A stretch of DNA of 64,000 nucleotides from an uncultured virus (IMG/VR IMGVR_UViG_3300035162_003174) (taxonomy: Duplodnaviria > Heunggongvirae > Uroviricota > Caudoviricetes): the IMG/VR virus record IMGVR_UViG_3300035162_003174; one strand, given 5' to 3'. The position numbers and the translations under genes are program-made. The stretch's first letter is position 1. Every line of letters starts with the position of its first letter. The notes beneath the pieces are model-generated. The model was not told where the DNA came from, searched no databases, and was given only the letters and a program-made list of their open reading frames with translations. Shown in pieces: positions 50,164 through 59,366 of this stretch.

Positions 50164-52110
50164 TTAGGAGTTATAAGTTCCTAACGTATTATTTATTTGA
50201 GAATTAATCGTAGCCATTGCGGTTGGGTTATTAATTAGTAAGTTAGCTAACGCATCTTTATCTAATACTGAGTTGGTTGGTATCCCTTCAAGTGTGAGGT
50301 TAACTTGACCACTCACAGTTACATTAGAATTAGATGCCATCATAGTTGTTGGTTCACCTATACTACTAGTGTTGGTATTAAGACTAGATATAGATGGATT
50401 ACCTCTACCCCCAGTTTCGTTGTTAGTTGATGGATTACCTCTACCCCCAGTTTCTTGGTCAATTATCTGAGTGTTACCATCCAAACTAGAGTTTCGTCTA
50501 CTTCCAGTTTCATTAGAATTCATTATGTTTTCATATCGTTCCATTAACTCGTCACTCATAGTGTCCCAACCTTCACTTAATCCTTCTACGATTTTAGCCG
50601 CATTAAATTTCTTCAATGCCTCCGCAAAGAATATGTCAGCAGCAGCATTAAATGTTCTTAATCCATCAGCAACAGATGAAGCCATTAATTTGGCGGTACT
50701 ATCGAAATCTTTTAAACCCCCTTGTAATTGGGTTTCAAGCATTCCCGCACCATCAATTACTGTCTGATTCATTTCAAACCCACCTTTTTTGTCTTCGGTC
50801 ATAAATGCATCGGTAATTAATTTTTGGGCTTCCATAGCTTTTTCCGCGAAATTATCAAAACCCCCACTTTTAACTAGATTCATTGTAGTTAACTGTATTA
50901 AAGCCTTCTGAGCTGCCTCAATTTGGTTAAGATAACCCATAGATTCCTTAGCCACCTCAATTTCTGACATGTTATTAACATCCATCATATCGCCTAATTT
51001 TTCATAATCACCTGCAACTAATTGATTAAATCCTTCACCAATTTTTTTAACCGTACCGTCTGGCATAGTTATTTCTAAATTACCATTAGCCCCAATTTTA
51101 CCCATATTAGCGATTAGTTCTTTTTGCTCTTCAGGTACAGTATTAAAATTATCTAATATTTTTAACTTTTCAGTCTTTTGAGCCGCTTTCATACCCATCT
51201 CCGCAAACTCTTGATATCCCATTCCCGCTAATTTTGCCGCTTCTCTAAGACGGTACATCTCAGTAACAGGTATATCAAACTCCCCTGACTCCTTATTAAA
51301 TGAAACTGCCCCCGCTGCCATATCAACAAGACTATCTTGTAGTCCCGCCATATCTGTTTGAGCCATATTTAATAATGCGAATGGGTCCCCTAATTTACTA
51401 ATTGACCCCCCTAACATTTGGAACCCCGCTGCGGTTTCAATCGCTTTTTCTGGTGACATTAGTTCATCAGCAAAACTAACCGTCTTACTCATATCAATTC
51501 TTAAGGCTTGTGCTTGAGCAACCATTTTAGAAAGACCTGTGACACCGTCTTTAAAGTTATATGTAACCATTAACTTTAAATTCTTGTTAACCTCACCCAT
51601 AAATGCGGAAACGTTTAAACCATAAGACCTTGCTTTATCAGTCATTTCTCCCATCATAACAAGTGTTTGGTCTGTGGTGTAACCTAAGGTATCGAATGAA
51701 GTTGCCATAGTAGCTAAATCGGTTGCCGTCATATTAGCGGTCATACCTAACGCTTGAAATCCTGTTATTTGTGAATCCGTGAGAAATGTATTTCTCATCA
51801 TTGAATTATTTATCGCTGCAAATAATTCTATATTTTTTTCAGCACTAACACCAATTTGAACAGTGCTTTTAGCTGACTCAGCCATAACTTTTTGAACATC
51901 ATTACTTACCGCTCTAGTTTGCCCTAAATTTTCTCGAACGGCATTTGCGGTCTTAGTTTGAATTGCCGCGGCGTCATTAATTAAAGAACCAACATTCGTG
52001 ATACTTTTTCTTAACTTATCAACAAAACTTGTAAGTGCAATATCGGCTAATGTAATATTAACGCCAATATCTTTAACTTCCTTAGCTACTCCGTCTGTAT
52101 TTAAAAACAT
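50164..52110 (-). CDS. Tape measure protein
   Basis: 648 aa, A/M/G-rich and helical in character, in the canonical position after the tube and chaperone genes. Confidence 0.7.
   Translation of the reverse strand: MFLNTDGVAKEVKDIGVNITLADIALTSFVDKLRKSITNVGSLINDAAAIQTKTANAVRENLGQTRAVSNDVQKVMAESAKSTVQIGVSAEKNIELFAAINNSMMRNTFLTDSQITGFQALGMTANMTATDLATMATSFDTLGYTTDQTLVMMGEMTDKARSYGLNVSAFMGEVNKNLKLMVTYNFKDGVTGLSKMVAQAQALRIDMSKTVSFADELMSPEKAIETAAGFQMLGGSISKLGDPFALLNMAQTDMAGLQDSLVDMAAGAVSFNKESGEFDIPVTEMYRLREAAKLAGMGYQEFAEMGMKAAQKTEKLKILDNFNTVPEEQKELIANMGKIGANGNLEITMPDGTVKKIGEGFNQLVAGDYEKLGDMMDVNNMSEIEVAKESMGYLNQIEAAQKALIQLTTMNLVKSGGFDNFAEKAMEAQKLITDAFMTEDKKGGFEMNQTVIDGAGMLETQLQGGLKDFDSTAKLMASSVADGLRTFNAAADIFFAEALKKFNAAKIVEGLSEGWDTMSDELMERYENIMNSNETGSRRNSSLDGNTQIIDQETGGRGNPSTNNETGGRGNPSISSLNTNTSSIGEPTTMMASNSNVTVSGQVNLTLEGIPTNSVLDKDALANLLINNPTAMATINSQINNTLGTYNS
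50393..50454. repeat. 26-bp exact direct repeat (36-nt period) in the tape measure 3' region
   Basis: GATGGATTACCTCTACCCCCAGTTTC at 50393-50418 and 50429-50454, encoding ETGGRGNPS twice. Confidence 0.9.
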
Positions 52111-52123
52111 CCTTTTCTTTTAT

Positions 52124-52131
52124 TATAAATA
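52124..52131 (-). promoter_or_regulatory. Putative late promoter motif TATTTATA
   Basis: 13 nt upstream of the tape measure ATG. Confidence 0.6.
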
Positions 52132-52135
52132 TTAG

Positions 52136-52342
52136 TTAACGAGATTTTTGCCTTTGTTTCTCTATTTGTTCATTTTTTTCTTGAAATTCGGTCGATAACT
52201 TATCAATAAAGAATTTTCTTTCGAATGTCGGCATAATAAGTAGGTCCGAGTAAGACATATTTACATGTTTACTTAGATAGTAGAACTCATCGAGCAGAAC
52301 TTTTCTATAACTAGAAGAAAGGACGAAAAAACTCCGCCCCAA
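52136..52342 (-). CDS. Tail assembly chaperone extension (gpT-like), probably reached by frameshifting
   Basis: Overlaps the end of 52311..53060 in the +1 frame, has no ATG near the overlap, and lies directly before the tape measure gene. Confidence 0.6.
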   Translation of the reverse strand: MGRSFFVLSSSYRKVLLDEFYYLSKHVNMSYSDLLIMPTFERKFFIDKLSTEFQEKNEQIEKQRQKSR

Positions 52343-53060
52343 AAGTGATACGCATATTCACTTTTTCTCCTGACGGGGCTGTAGTAGTTCTATTAAGGTC
52401 CAATTTAGGTTCACAATCTGACATTGTGTTCCTAATAAACTTTGAATCCATAATAGGTAGCGTACTTATAAAGGTTGATATTTTTTCTCTGTTTTCATCA
52501 CCATCGATAGACATAATGTGTTTTTCTAATCTTTTAGTGACAAGTGGTACAGTTACTCCATTGGGGTATGAGTCGGGTAATGCAGATAATTCATTAGTGT
52601 CCTGAACATTTAAAAGTCTACATTTTACATTAACGCCCGATTTAGGTAGGTTAAATTCAAATAACCCTTTTTCGTTTGGTGTTATTTTAGCTTTTATAAT
52701 ATTTAATTCATCTAAAGCGATTGTCGTCTCAAAATCTTTCCCTGTTTTAGGGTCTTTTAATTTAAAATTATAATCTGAGCCGAAAGCGGTATTTCTTAAA
52801 AAGATTAAGATAGCTTCCGCATCGCCGTCAAGTAATTCATTTACGTTAAAATCTGGCTCATAAATTTTATTCTTCAGTAATGTCATCACTAAATTGTTAT
52901 TCCCTGCGTTTGATAATAATATATTTTCATCTTGAGCAGTTAAATAACCCACCTTAAGAGATTTTTTCTTACTTGTGTAGAATAAACCTTGTGATGGTAA
53001 TGGTACCACATCATGTGGTAAGTCCATATTCATTTCTCCGTATTGTTTTCCTTGGTCCAT
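52311..53060 (-). CDS. Tail/baseplate assembly chaperone (T4 gp26-like)
   Basis: LPSQGLFY, YLTAQDENIL, duplicated LPKSG and a C-terminal EFFRP; it lies between the tube and tape measure genes. Confidence 0.75.
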   Translation of the reverse strand: MDQGKQYGEMNMDLPHDVVPLPSQGLFYTSKKKSLKVGYLTAQDENILLSNAGNNNLVMTLLKNKIYEPDFNVNELLDGDAEAILIFLRNTAFGSDYNFKLKDPKTGKDFETTIALDELNIIKAKITPNEKGLFEFNLPKSGVNVKCRLLNVQDTNELSALPDSYPNGVTVPLVTKRLEKHIMSIDGDENREKISTFISTLPIMDSKFIRNTMSDCEPKLDLNRTTTAPSGEKVNMRITFGAEFFRPFF

Positions 53061-53076
53061 AATTGTTTATTAAAAT

Positions 53077-53112
53077 AAAAAACCATAGAAGTTCAATGAC
53101 CTCTATGGTTTT
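53077..53112 (-). terminator. Intrinsic terminator/attenuator after the tail tube gene
   Basis: Minus strand AAAACCATAGAGGTC-ATTG-AACTTCTATGGTTTTTT. Confidence 0.8.
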
Positions 53113-53154
53113 AAATATACTATTGATTGTTTTATTATCAACACTTGTTTTCTA

Positions 53155-53643
53155 TTAGTACACCAAAATACATCTATCAGGACGTAATGTTGCTGTAATT
53201 GTCGCTAACGCGTCGTCACTATAACCTAAACTGTCGAAATTAACGTCAGTTAAGAATGTCCCTTGTAATATCCATTTCTCAACTGCTACCCCTGTTGGGT
53301 CTAACATCTCTAAGTCTAAATCTTTCTTATAACCTGCTGCGTATCCCATACGACCTGTAACAGACTCTGAGTGTAGTCTAACCCACTCCATTAAAGCTTG
53401 TGAGGCTGATGGCCCGATTGGGTCACGGAAAGTAACGTTTATTGTGTTCCAGGTAAATCTACCTGCCACGTAAGTGGATGTGTTTAGAAAAGGAATTTCT
53501 GTGGACCCGATTTGGATGTTAGGTCTTGATGTAGACTCAACATACCAAGAATTAATCCCCAATGAAGATGGGAAAGATAAGATAAATCTATTCTTTCTTT
53601 TTGGTTCATAAGGAACGGGCATTTTCATTAATAAGTCTGCCAT
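53155..53643 (-). CDS. Tail tube protein (T4 gp19-like)
   Basis: EPKRKNRF, YVAGRFTWNTINVTFRD, YKKD..LEMLDPTG..VEKWILQG and TLRPDR motifs. Confidence 0.9.
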   Translation of the reverse strand: MADLLMKMPVPYEPKRKNRFILSFPSSLGINSWYVESTSRPNIQIGSTEIPFLNTSTYVAGRFTWNTINVTFRDPIGPSASQALMEWVRLHSESVTGRMGYAAGYKKDLDLEMLDPTGVAVEKWILQGTFLTDVNFDSLGYSDDALATITATLRPDRCILVY

Positions 53644-53680
53644 TGTATTTTGGTTTTATATTTCTTTTAGTTTATTTAAT

Positions 53681-53688
53681 TATAAATA
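53681..53688 (-). promoter_or_regulatory. Putative late promoter motif TATTTATA
   Basis: 37 nt upstream of the tail tube ATG. Confidence 0.6.
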
Positions 53689-53765
53689 TCCAGTTTAAAA
53701 GTTTTTCTATTTACTTTTATTTTTTTTTCAGTAATCTACTAGAGCAAATAAAATAATAATAATTA

Positions 53766-54617
53766 TTATACTTCTTTTTTATTTCCTCCTTTAGTTAAAT
53801 ATGTTTTAACTGGTTTATCTTTATATTCTTTATTTAAAAAGGCTTTAATTTTTTCTACATTGCCTGGGTCGTCATCAGAAAACCCAATCATTGGTACAAA
53901 ATTATTTTTTATATCATTTTTAAGAAAGGCTTCTTTACCAATTTTCTTACTTATATCTCTAACATAAGAGATAAATTCACGTAAAGCTTTAATCTTCCCT
54001 TCTTCAGGGTCAGCAGCATCACCTTCACCGTAAGTTACGGGGTAATACCTATTAAGGTCCAAATAGTCGTTAATCATACCGAAGTAATTTTCTCTGTCGT
54101 CACCCGTAATATTACGATATTTTTTAAGGTTGTCAATTAAAGATTCCTTACTAATACCATTATGGTCAGTAACTATCATATTATAAATAGCTTCACGTAA
54201 AACTGAAGGTGTGTGACCTCTAGCGGTGATTATTGAAAAAATGGAACCCCCATTTATCGCTTCAACAAAATCACCCCATGATGGACCTGGTTTAGCTAAC
54301 ATAGAATCAATTATAAATGCGCTATCACCTTGTATACCGAAATTTTTATAAGGGTCCTTAGAGTATCCCACAATCATCTTACCGTTGTATTCAAAAGGCT
54401 CTTTACCTATCATACTTCGATAATCTGCAAAATCTTCAGTAGACATACCTACCTCTTCATCATTGTCAGTTAATACTAAAATTTGGGTAGGCATGGTGGC
54501 GATGTTATCGTCCCAGTCGAATGCATAATATTTTAAGTCTGGATTACCTTCAGGGTCAAACCCTTCACATAGTAACCTTTCGTTAAAAAATTCCCTTATG
54601 ACTCCCTTTAAACTCAT
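53766..54617 (-). CDS. HAD-superfamily hydrolase/phosphatase-like protein
   Basis: Motif I AFDWDD, motif II IITARG, conserved Lys (EEGK) and motif IV GFSDDD..N. Confidence 0.7.
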   Translation of the reverse strand: MSLKGVIREFFNERLLCEGFDPEGNPDLKYYAFDWDDNIATMPTQILVLTDNDEEVGMSTEDFADYRSMIGKEPFEYNGKMIVGYSKDPYKNFGIQGDSAFIIDSMLAKPGPSWGDFVEAINGGSIFSIITARGHTPSVLREAIYNMIVTDHNGISKESLIDNLKKYRNITGDDRENYFGMINDYLDLNRYYPVTYGEGDAADPEEGKIKALREFISYVRDISKKIGKEAFLKNDIKNNFVPMIGFSDDDPGNVEKIKAFLNKEYKDKPVKTYLTKGGNKKEV

Positions 54618-54766
54618 TATCTATTTGGTTTCTTATTAATTTTCTCTATTAATCTTTCTAGTTGAGTTTCAGAAATAACAATATTCTGAGGTTTTTCTGA
54701 GAAAGACTTACTACCGTTAGACTTTACGTCTAAAGCTTCGTTAAGTATTTTTTTCTTAAATTCCAT
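54617..54766 (-). CDS. Small 49-aa protein not in the ORF track
   Basis: MEFKKKILNEALDVKSNGSKSFSEKPQNIVISETQLERLIEKINKKPNR. It has an A-rich leader and an upstream TATTTATA, and its stop overlaps the next start (TAATG). Confidence 0.75.
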   Translation of the reverse strand: MEFKKKILNEALDVKSNGSKSFSEKPQNIVISETQLERLIEKINKKPNR

Positions 54767-54795
54767 TTTATTTTTATTTAAACTTTTAATTGGCT

Positions 54796-54821
54796 AAGAA
54801 GGGAGAATTAACTCCCCTCTT
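54796..54821 (-). promoter_or_regulatory. 5' leader hairpin, copy 2
   Basis: Minus strand AAGAGGGGAG-TTAATT-CTCCCTTCTT followed by AGCCAA, directly after TATTTATA (54825-54832). Confidence 0.55.
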
Positions 54822-54842
54822 TATTATAAATATAGTTAGTTA

Positions 54843-57800
54843 TTAAATATCTTCAAAAGATGCTCCTGTAGGAGTAATCAAAAATTCAATATCAATAAAT
54901 TCAAGTGCTCTTGTTGGTTTCAAGTAAATTTTACCTGTTAACGTATTAGAGTCCAAATCTTCAGGTGTACCTGAAACTGTAACTCTAAAGTCAATTAAAC
55001 CTCTGTCTCTCCTAATACTATCTAAGATAGGGTTAACTGAGTCTAAGAACTCTTGTCTTACTTGTTCGTCATTTTGTTCGAACAATAATCTTACCGCCAC
55101 AGCTGAAATTAGTTTACGTGCTTGTAGTAATAATCTTCTAACGTTTATTCTATCAAGTGCAGATTCTTTAACTTGTAAAGTTTTGTTACCCCATATTACA
55201 GTACCAACATCAGAGAAGGTTGCAATTGGGTTTAATCTACCTTGGTATAGTGTATCTCTATCTTCTTGTGTTAATTTCTTACGTGCTTTAACTGAGTTAA
55301 CTAAACCTCTTGTGTAACCCGCTGATGCGAACCATGGGAAAGCTATATTATCAGTTAATGCTAAGTTCCTAACAACCTCACCTGTTGGTGGGAGATATAT
55401 TTGTGTATTATTAACCGTGTCTCTCGTAAGTATCCATGGATAATAAGTTGCCGTGTAGTTAGAGTCTATTCCCGTATCTACTAAATTATCTACCGCCTCT
55501 TCAGGGTAAATAAAGTCAGTATCAAAACTACCTAATGAAGGTGTAAACATTTGATAGTCAGGTGTAGTACAGATATAAATTGAATCTGCTCTATCCTGTT
55601 CAACCATATCAATTGCTGACTCAACTAAGTTTGAGTTATTTACATAATCAATACCTGTTGTAGTAAACACATTAATGTTAACTGATTCAGGATTATTAAA
55701 TGTATATTGACCCCATAAGTAAGCGTAATAATCTGTGTTAGCCCAAGTTAATTGGTCTGGTCCTACAATTTGTTTAAATGCTCCCCATCCTGTTGCGGTT
55801 GGATAACTTATCGATGGTGCCGCCCCTTTTCTAAATCCTGCAGCTCCTAATTGATATCTGTCACCGTTAGTTCTATATTGTCTATAAATATCCCATCCAT
55901 CGAAACCTCCCGATGGAACTACTGTGAACTTACGTGCATTTAATCTAAAATATGGACTACCTTCAGTTGGTTCTGAATCGAAACTCGCGTCTCCAACTTC
56001 AAAAGCCGTTTCACCTGACGTAACATAATTAGAAGAAATCCTAATAACCGTTGCTCCTGAATCCATATGGTAACCTTTAGTAAGGTAACCCCATGGTTGT
56101 GAATCAGTTGCAGTCCCTAAATTTGTAGGGTTTTGTTTTCCTTTATACTGTAAGAAATCTGAATCAATCCCTACGGTGTTTGAAACACCTAAGAAAGTTC
56201 TTCTTACTCTATCACCTGAACTTCTCGATTCATTGTCACTACCTGTCGCCGCTCCAAATGGTGGGTTCCAAATAACTTCACCTGGTGTGTCGTATTTTGT
56301 TTTATATTCTAAGAATGGTGAATTAACTCCTGAGTATTGTCTAGTTTGGTATCCACGGAAACCACAAGGTAGTGAGTCATAAGGTGCGTCCTCATTCATC
56401 TCTAACATTATAAATCTTGACCTTAACTCAAACTCCCCATTAGATGTACCAATTCTTTTAGCTACAAAACTATTTTGATTCATATCCATCGTACAGTTAG
56501 TAAATTTCTCTAAAACTACTGGATTAGCGTCGGTATCGAAGAAATCACGTACAACTACATCGAATGTCCCATTATTAAATGAAATGTTCATAATGGAAAC
56601 TTTTATCTCTCTATTTGCGGTGTTACCATCAGATATCGTTAATACCTTAAACATATTGTAAATTTGATTACCCCTTAATTCAGAAACGAAATAAGGTGTT
56701 TCAGGTGTTTGGTATCTTTCTAAGTACCACCCAATACTTGTATTGGTCGCTAAATCTTGTCTAGCACTTGGTAAATCAATTAGTTCACAACTTAATCCAC
56801 GGACTTTACCTAAACGATACCCCGTATTTAATAAGTTATAATATTCTTCCTCAACAAATAATGGTACCTCTGATTTCGGTTTCGCAAAATTTGATTTACC
56901 AAATACCTTTGAAAGGTAGTTTGAACTAGATAAGTTAAATGATGTTTGGAATATAAAGTTATCTCCATCGGTAGTTGTTGCAGAGACTGCAAAAGTCGAA
57001 AAAGGATTAGTGGATATACCAGAATACGCTCCTGTACAATCTAAAAGAACGTCAGTTACCCCTGATACCTCATAAACTGGTCCGTCATCATTTGTATAGT
57101 TATCTATACCTCTTGAACGTAAAGTTGCAACTACCACATCGTGGTAACCGCTATATGGTGTACCCGAATAGTTTGTTACATAAACATTAGCCGTACCTTG
57201 GAAGTTAAGACCTACATTCGTCATTGATGTTACACCCATACCAAAACCTGTACCGTTATACACGTTAGCGGTTTCAGTAAATAATGCGTAATACCATGGG
57301 TCATTAACCGATGCGGTTAAATCACAAGATTCAAAAAGAATATCTTCCACATTAAATACATTAGTATTAACTGACCCAAGAGCTCCCGTTTGATTAACCG
57401 TATCACCTGTAGTACTATTAAATGTATCCGCACTTACCGACCCCCAAAAATAAGAGGTTTCTCCTGAAGTAGTGTTGTTTACAATCTCCGAATATAAGTA
57501 TGTATTCATATCACGAATGATAGAGGACTCTCCACCAGTATACGTAGTGTATGGATTTGTTATCACATCTTCTATTTCTGAAGGTAATGAGGTGTAGCTG
57601 GTTACCTCAAGACTTGTGGATGTTCCTGAAACTCCTGTAAATGAAATAGCAAAAGGTCCAGCTACTCCCGTAGCGGTTGTACCTGAGCTATCTAAGTTAC
57701 CGATAGTTGTTATTGACCATGAAGGTCCTGCGTCGTACCCTGATAAACCAAGTACTCTAGTAACAAACAATTGATTTGATTGTTGTAGATAAGACTTTGC

Positions 57801-58040
57801 TATGTAAGCTGCCTCGTACTTAGGTATCTGAGTATTTACGAATTTAGTTGGATTTGTACCACCAAAATAGGATTGGAACTCATCGTAATTAGTTATGAAA
57901 ATCGGCTCGAACGCTGGTCCCGAAATTGTTTCACCTACTAACCCAAGAGTTGTGACTCCCACACTTTGTGCTACAAAACTTAAATCTCTTTCTGATGTAT
58001 AAACACCCGGAGATACAAATACTTTGTTAGATGTTGCCAT
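54843..58040 (-). CDS. Tail sheath protein (T4 gp18-like)
   Basis: N-terminal SPGVYTSERDLS. C-terminal PWFASAGYTRG, RDTLY..RLNPI, WGNKTL, LDRINVRRLL, FEQND and IYLKPTRALEFI. Confidence 0.97.
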   Translation of the reverse strand: MATSNKVFVSPGVYTSERDLSFVAQSVGVTTLGLVGETISGPAFEPIFITNYDEFQSYFGGTNPTKFVNTQIPKYEAAYIAKSYLQQSNQLFVTRVLGLSGYDAGPSWSITTIGNLDSSGTTATGVAGPFAISFTGVSGTSTSLEVTSYTSLPSEIEDVITNPYTTYTGGESSIIRDMNTYLYSEIVNNTTSGETSYFWGSVSADTFNSTTGDTVNQTGALGSVNTNVFNVEDILFESCDLTASVNDPWYYALFTETANVYNGTGFGMGVTSMTNVGLNFQGTANVYVTNYSGTPYSGYHDVVVATLRSRGIDNYTNDDGPVYEVSGVTDVLLDCTGAYSGISTNPFSTFAVSATTTDGDNFIFQTSFNLSSSNYLSKVFGKSNFAKPKSEVPLFVEEEYYNLLNTGYRLGKVRGLSCELIDLPSARQDLATNTSIGWYLERYQTPETPYFVSELRGNQIYNMFKVLTISDGNTANREIKVSIMNISFNNGTFDVVVRDFFDTDANPVVLEKFTNCTMDMNQNSFVAKRIGTSNGEFELRSRFIMLEMNEDAPYDSLPCGFRGYQTRQYSGVNSPFLEYKTKYDTPGEVIWNPPFGAATGSDNESRSSGDRVRRTFLGVSNTVGIDSDFLQYKGKQNPTNLGTATDSQPWGYLTKGYHMDSGATVIRISSNYVTSGETAFEVGDASFDSEPTEGSPYFRLNARKFTVVPSGGFDGWDIYRQYRTNGDRYQLGAAGFRKGAAPSISYPTATGWGAFKQIVGPDQLTWANTDYYAYLWGQYTFNNPESVNINVFTTTGIDYVNNSNLVESAIDMVEQDRADSIYICTTPDYQMFTPSLGSFDTDFIYPEEAVDNLVDTGIDSNYTATYYPWILTRDTVNNTQIYLPPTGEVVRNLALTDNIAFPWFASAGYTRGLVNSVKARKKLTQEDRDTLYQGRLNPIATFSDVGTVIWGNKTLQVKESALDRINVRRLLLQARKLISAVAVRLLFEQNDEQVRQEFLDSVNPILDSIRRDRGLIDFRVTVSGTPEDLDSNTLTGKIYLKPTRALEFIDIEFLITPTGASFEDI

Positions 58041-58072
58041 TGTGTAATTTTTTTCTTAAGTTTTTATTTATT

Positions 58073-58080
58073 GATAAATA
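58073..58080 (-). promoter_or_regulatory. Putative late promoter motif TATTTATC
   Basis: 32 nt upstream of the sheath ATG. Confidence 0.6.
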
Positions 58081-58140
58081 TTATGAAAAATACCAAAAAA
58101 CTATTAAGCTAAGACTATATTTATAAAGAGTATGAAAAAC

Positions 58141-58162
58141 TTCTACCTTTTTTCTACCTTTT
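58141..58162 (+). repeat. 11-bp tandem direct repeat (candidate operator)
   Basis: TTCTACCTTTT twice, 13 nt upstream of the small RHH-like gene. Confidence 0.7.
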
Positions 58163-58175
58163 TAAAAAAACACCT

Positions 58176-58325
58176 ATGAGTAAAATAAAAAACATAAAAA
58201 TTTCACCTGAGTCTCATGAGACATTAAAACTCTACTGTAAAAAACATGGTTTTACGTTATATAAATTCATTGAGAAATTAATTGAAGAAAAGTGTAAAGA
58301 AGAAAAGGATATTTATGGGGAGTGA
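58176..58325 (+). CDS. Small ribbon-helix-helix-like DNA-binding protein, not in the ORF track
   Basis: 49 aa MSKIKNIKISPESHETLKLYCKKHGFTLYKFIEKLIEEKCKEEKDIYGE. The pattern (beta strand, helix, Gly turn, helix) matches CopG/Arc-type proteins, and the ORF exactly fills the intergenic gap. Confidence 0.7.
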   Translation: MSKIKNIKISPESHETLKLYCKKHGFTLYKFIEKLIEEKCKEEKDIYGE

Positions 58326-59366
58326 CTAAAGTAAACGAGCTTTAGCTTTTAAAACTGACTCCTTACTATTATCATTCTTTACTACATCAATTTTAATTGA
58401 GTCATTAGTTGAAACCTTAATAACCGGAACATCGTCACCAATATAATTACCATTAATGTATGTGGAGTAACTATCGACATTAGTACTCTCTAAAATAGAT
58501 AAGTTAATCTCATATCTATAAGTCTCTGTTAAAGACGTAACACCATTAATAAAACGTATGTCTAAATCAAAATTATTTGGATTAGAAGGGTACTTCTCTA
58601 CTTTCCGACCAGTATTCAATGTGTCAACCTCAAAGATAGTCGCGGTTCTTGAAATTGCCGGTGAAACCTCAAACTCTTCTTCATCCAATAGAAACCCCAT
58701 CATTAGAAATTCATAACTTTGTACGTAATACTTTCTTTTCTCCAATTCTAAAACAGATTCATCAGACGAACTGTTTAAAATCATTGGGATATAATGTCCC
58801 TTTATTTCGGTATATGCTTGTCTTGATGAAAATTTCTGTAAGACTTTTTTATTAAAATCATTCAGTTCCCTCATTCTATTACAGAATATTTTAACGTTAA
58901 ATGTTATATCTACGGGCACAGGTTGGGGTATCTTGTAAATGTCCATACCCTTTCTTTGACCATCCCATGTGGGTACTTTAGCGTAGTAAAATTGTCTACG
59001 ATTAGGTATTGTATATTGTAAGGATGGGTTAGTCCCAAATTTAACATCAGGATTTCTAACTGTGGCAACAAAGGGTGGTTTTATATTTTTATCTAAATCT
59101 TGAAAATTCCATGTTTCAGTAAATTGTGCCCAATTTTGGGTAGTAATAATTAAATCAATATTACTTATATTTTTACCGTTTACTGAAATACCTAATTCAT
59201 TCTTTACGAAATCTAACATACCCCTATCTAAATCGGCGTGTAGAATAGATTTAGGTAGGTAAGTCCCATTTTCTTCAATTTGTTCCAACAACTCTTCCCT
59301 CCTTTTAAGCAGAATCTTATTGAGAGTTAAGGGTAAATGTTTCTTTACGTTTTTAGGTAATCCCAT
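58326..59366 (-). CDS. Tail completion / sheath terminator-like protein (T4 gp15-like)
   Basis: IPQPVPVDITFNVKIF...MRELN motif; it lies between the head-closure and sheath genes. Confidence 0.55.
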   Translation of the reverse strand: MGLPKNVKKHLPLTLNKILLKRREELLEQIEENGTYLPKSILHADLDRGMLDFVKNELGISVNGKNISNIDLIITTQNWAQFTETWNFQDLDKNIKPPFVATVRNPDVKFGTNPSLQYTIPNRRQFYYAKVPTWDGQRKGMDIYKIPQPVPVDITFNVKIFCNRMRELNDFNKKVLQKFSSRQAYTEIKGHYIPMILNSSSDESVLELEKRKYYVQSYEFLMMGFLLDEEEFEVSPAISRTATIFEVDTLNTGRKVEKYPSNPNNFDLDIRFINGVTSLTETYRYEINLSILESTNVDSYSTYINGNYIGDDVPVIKVSTNDSIKIDVVKNDNSKESVLKAKARLL

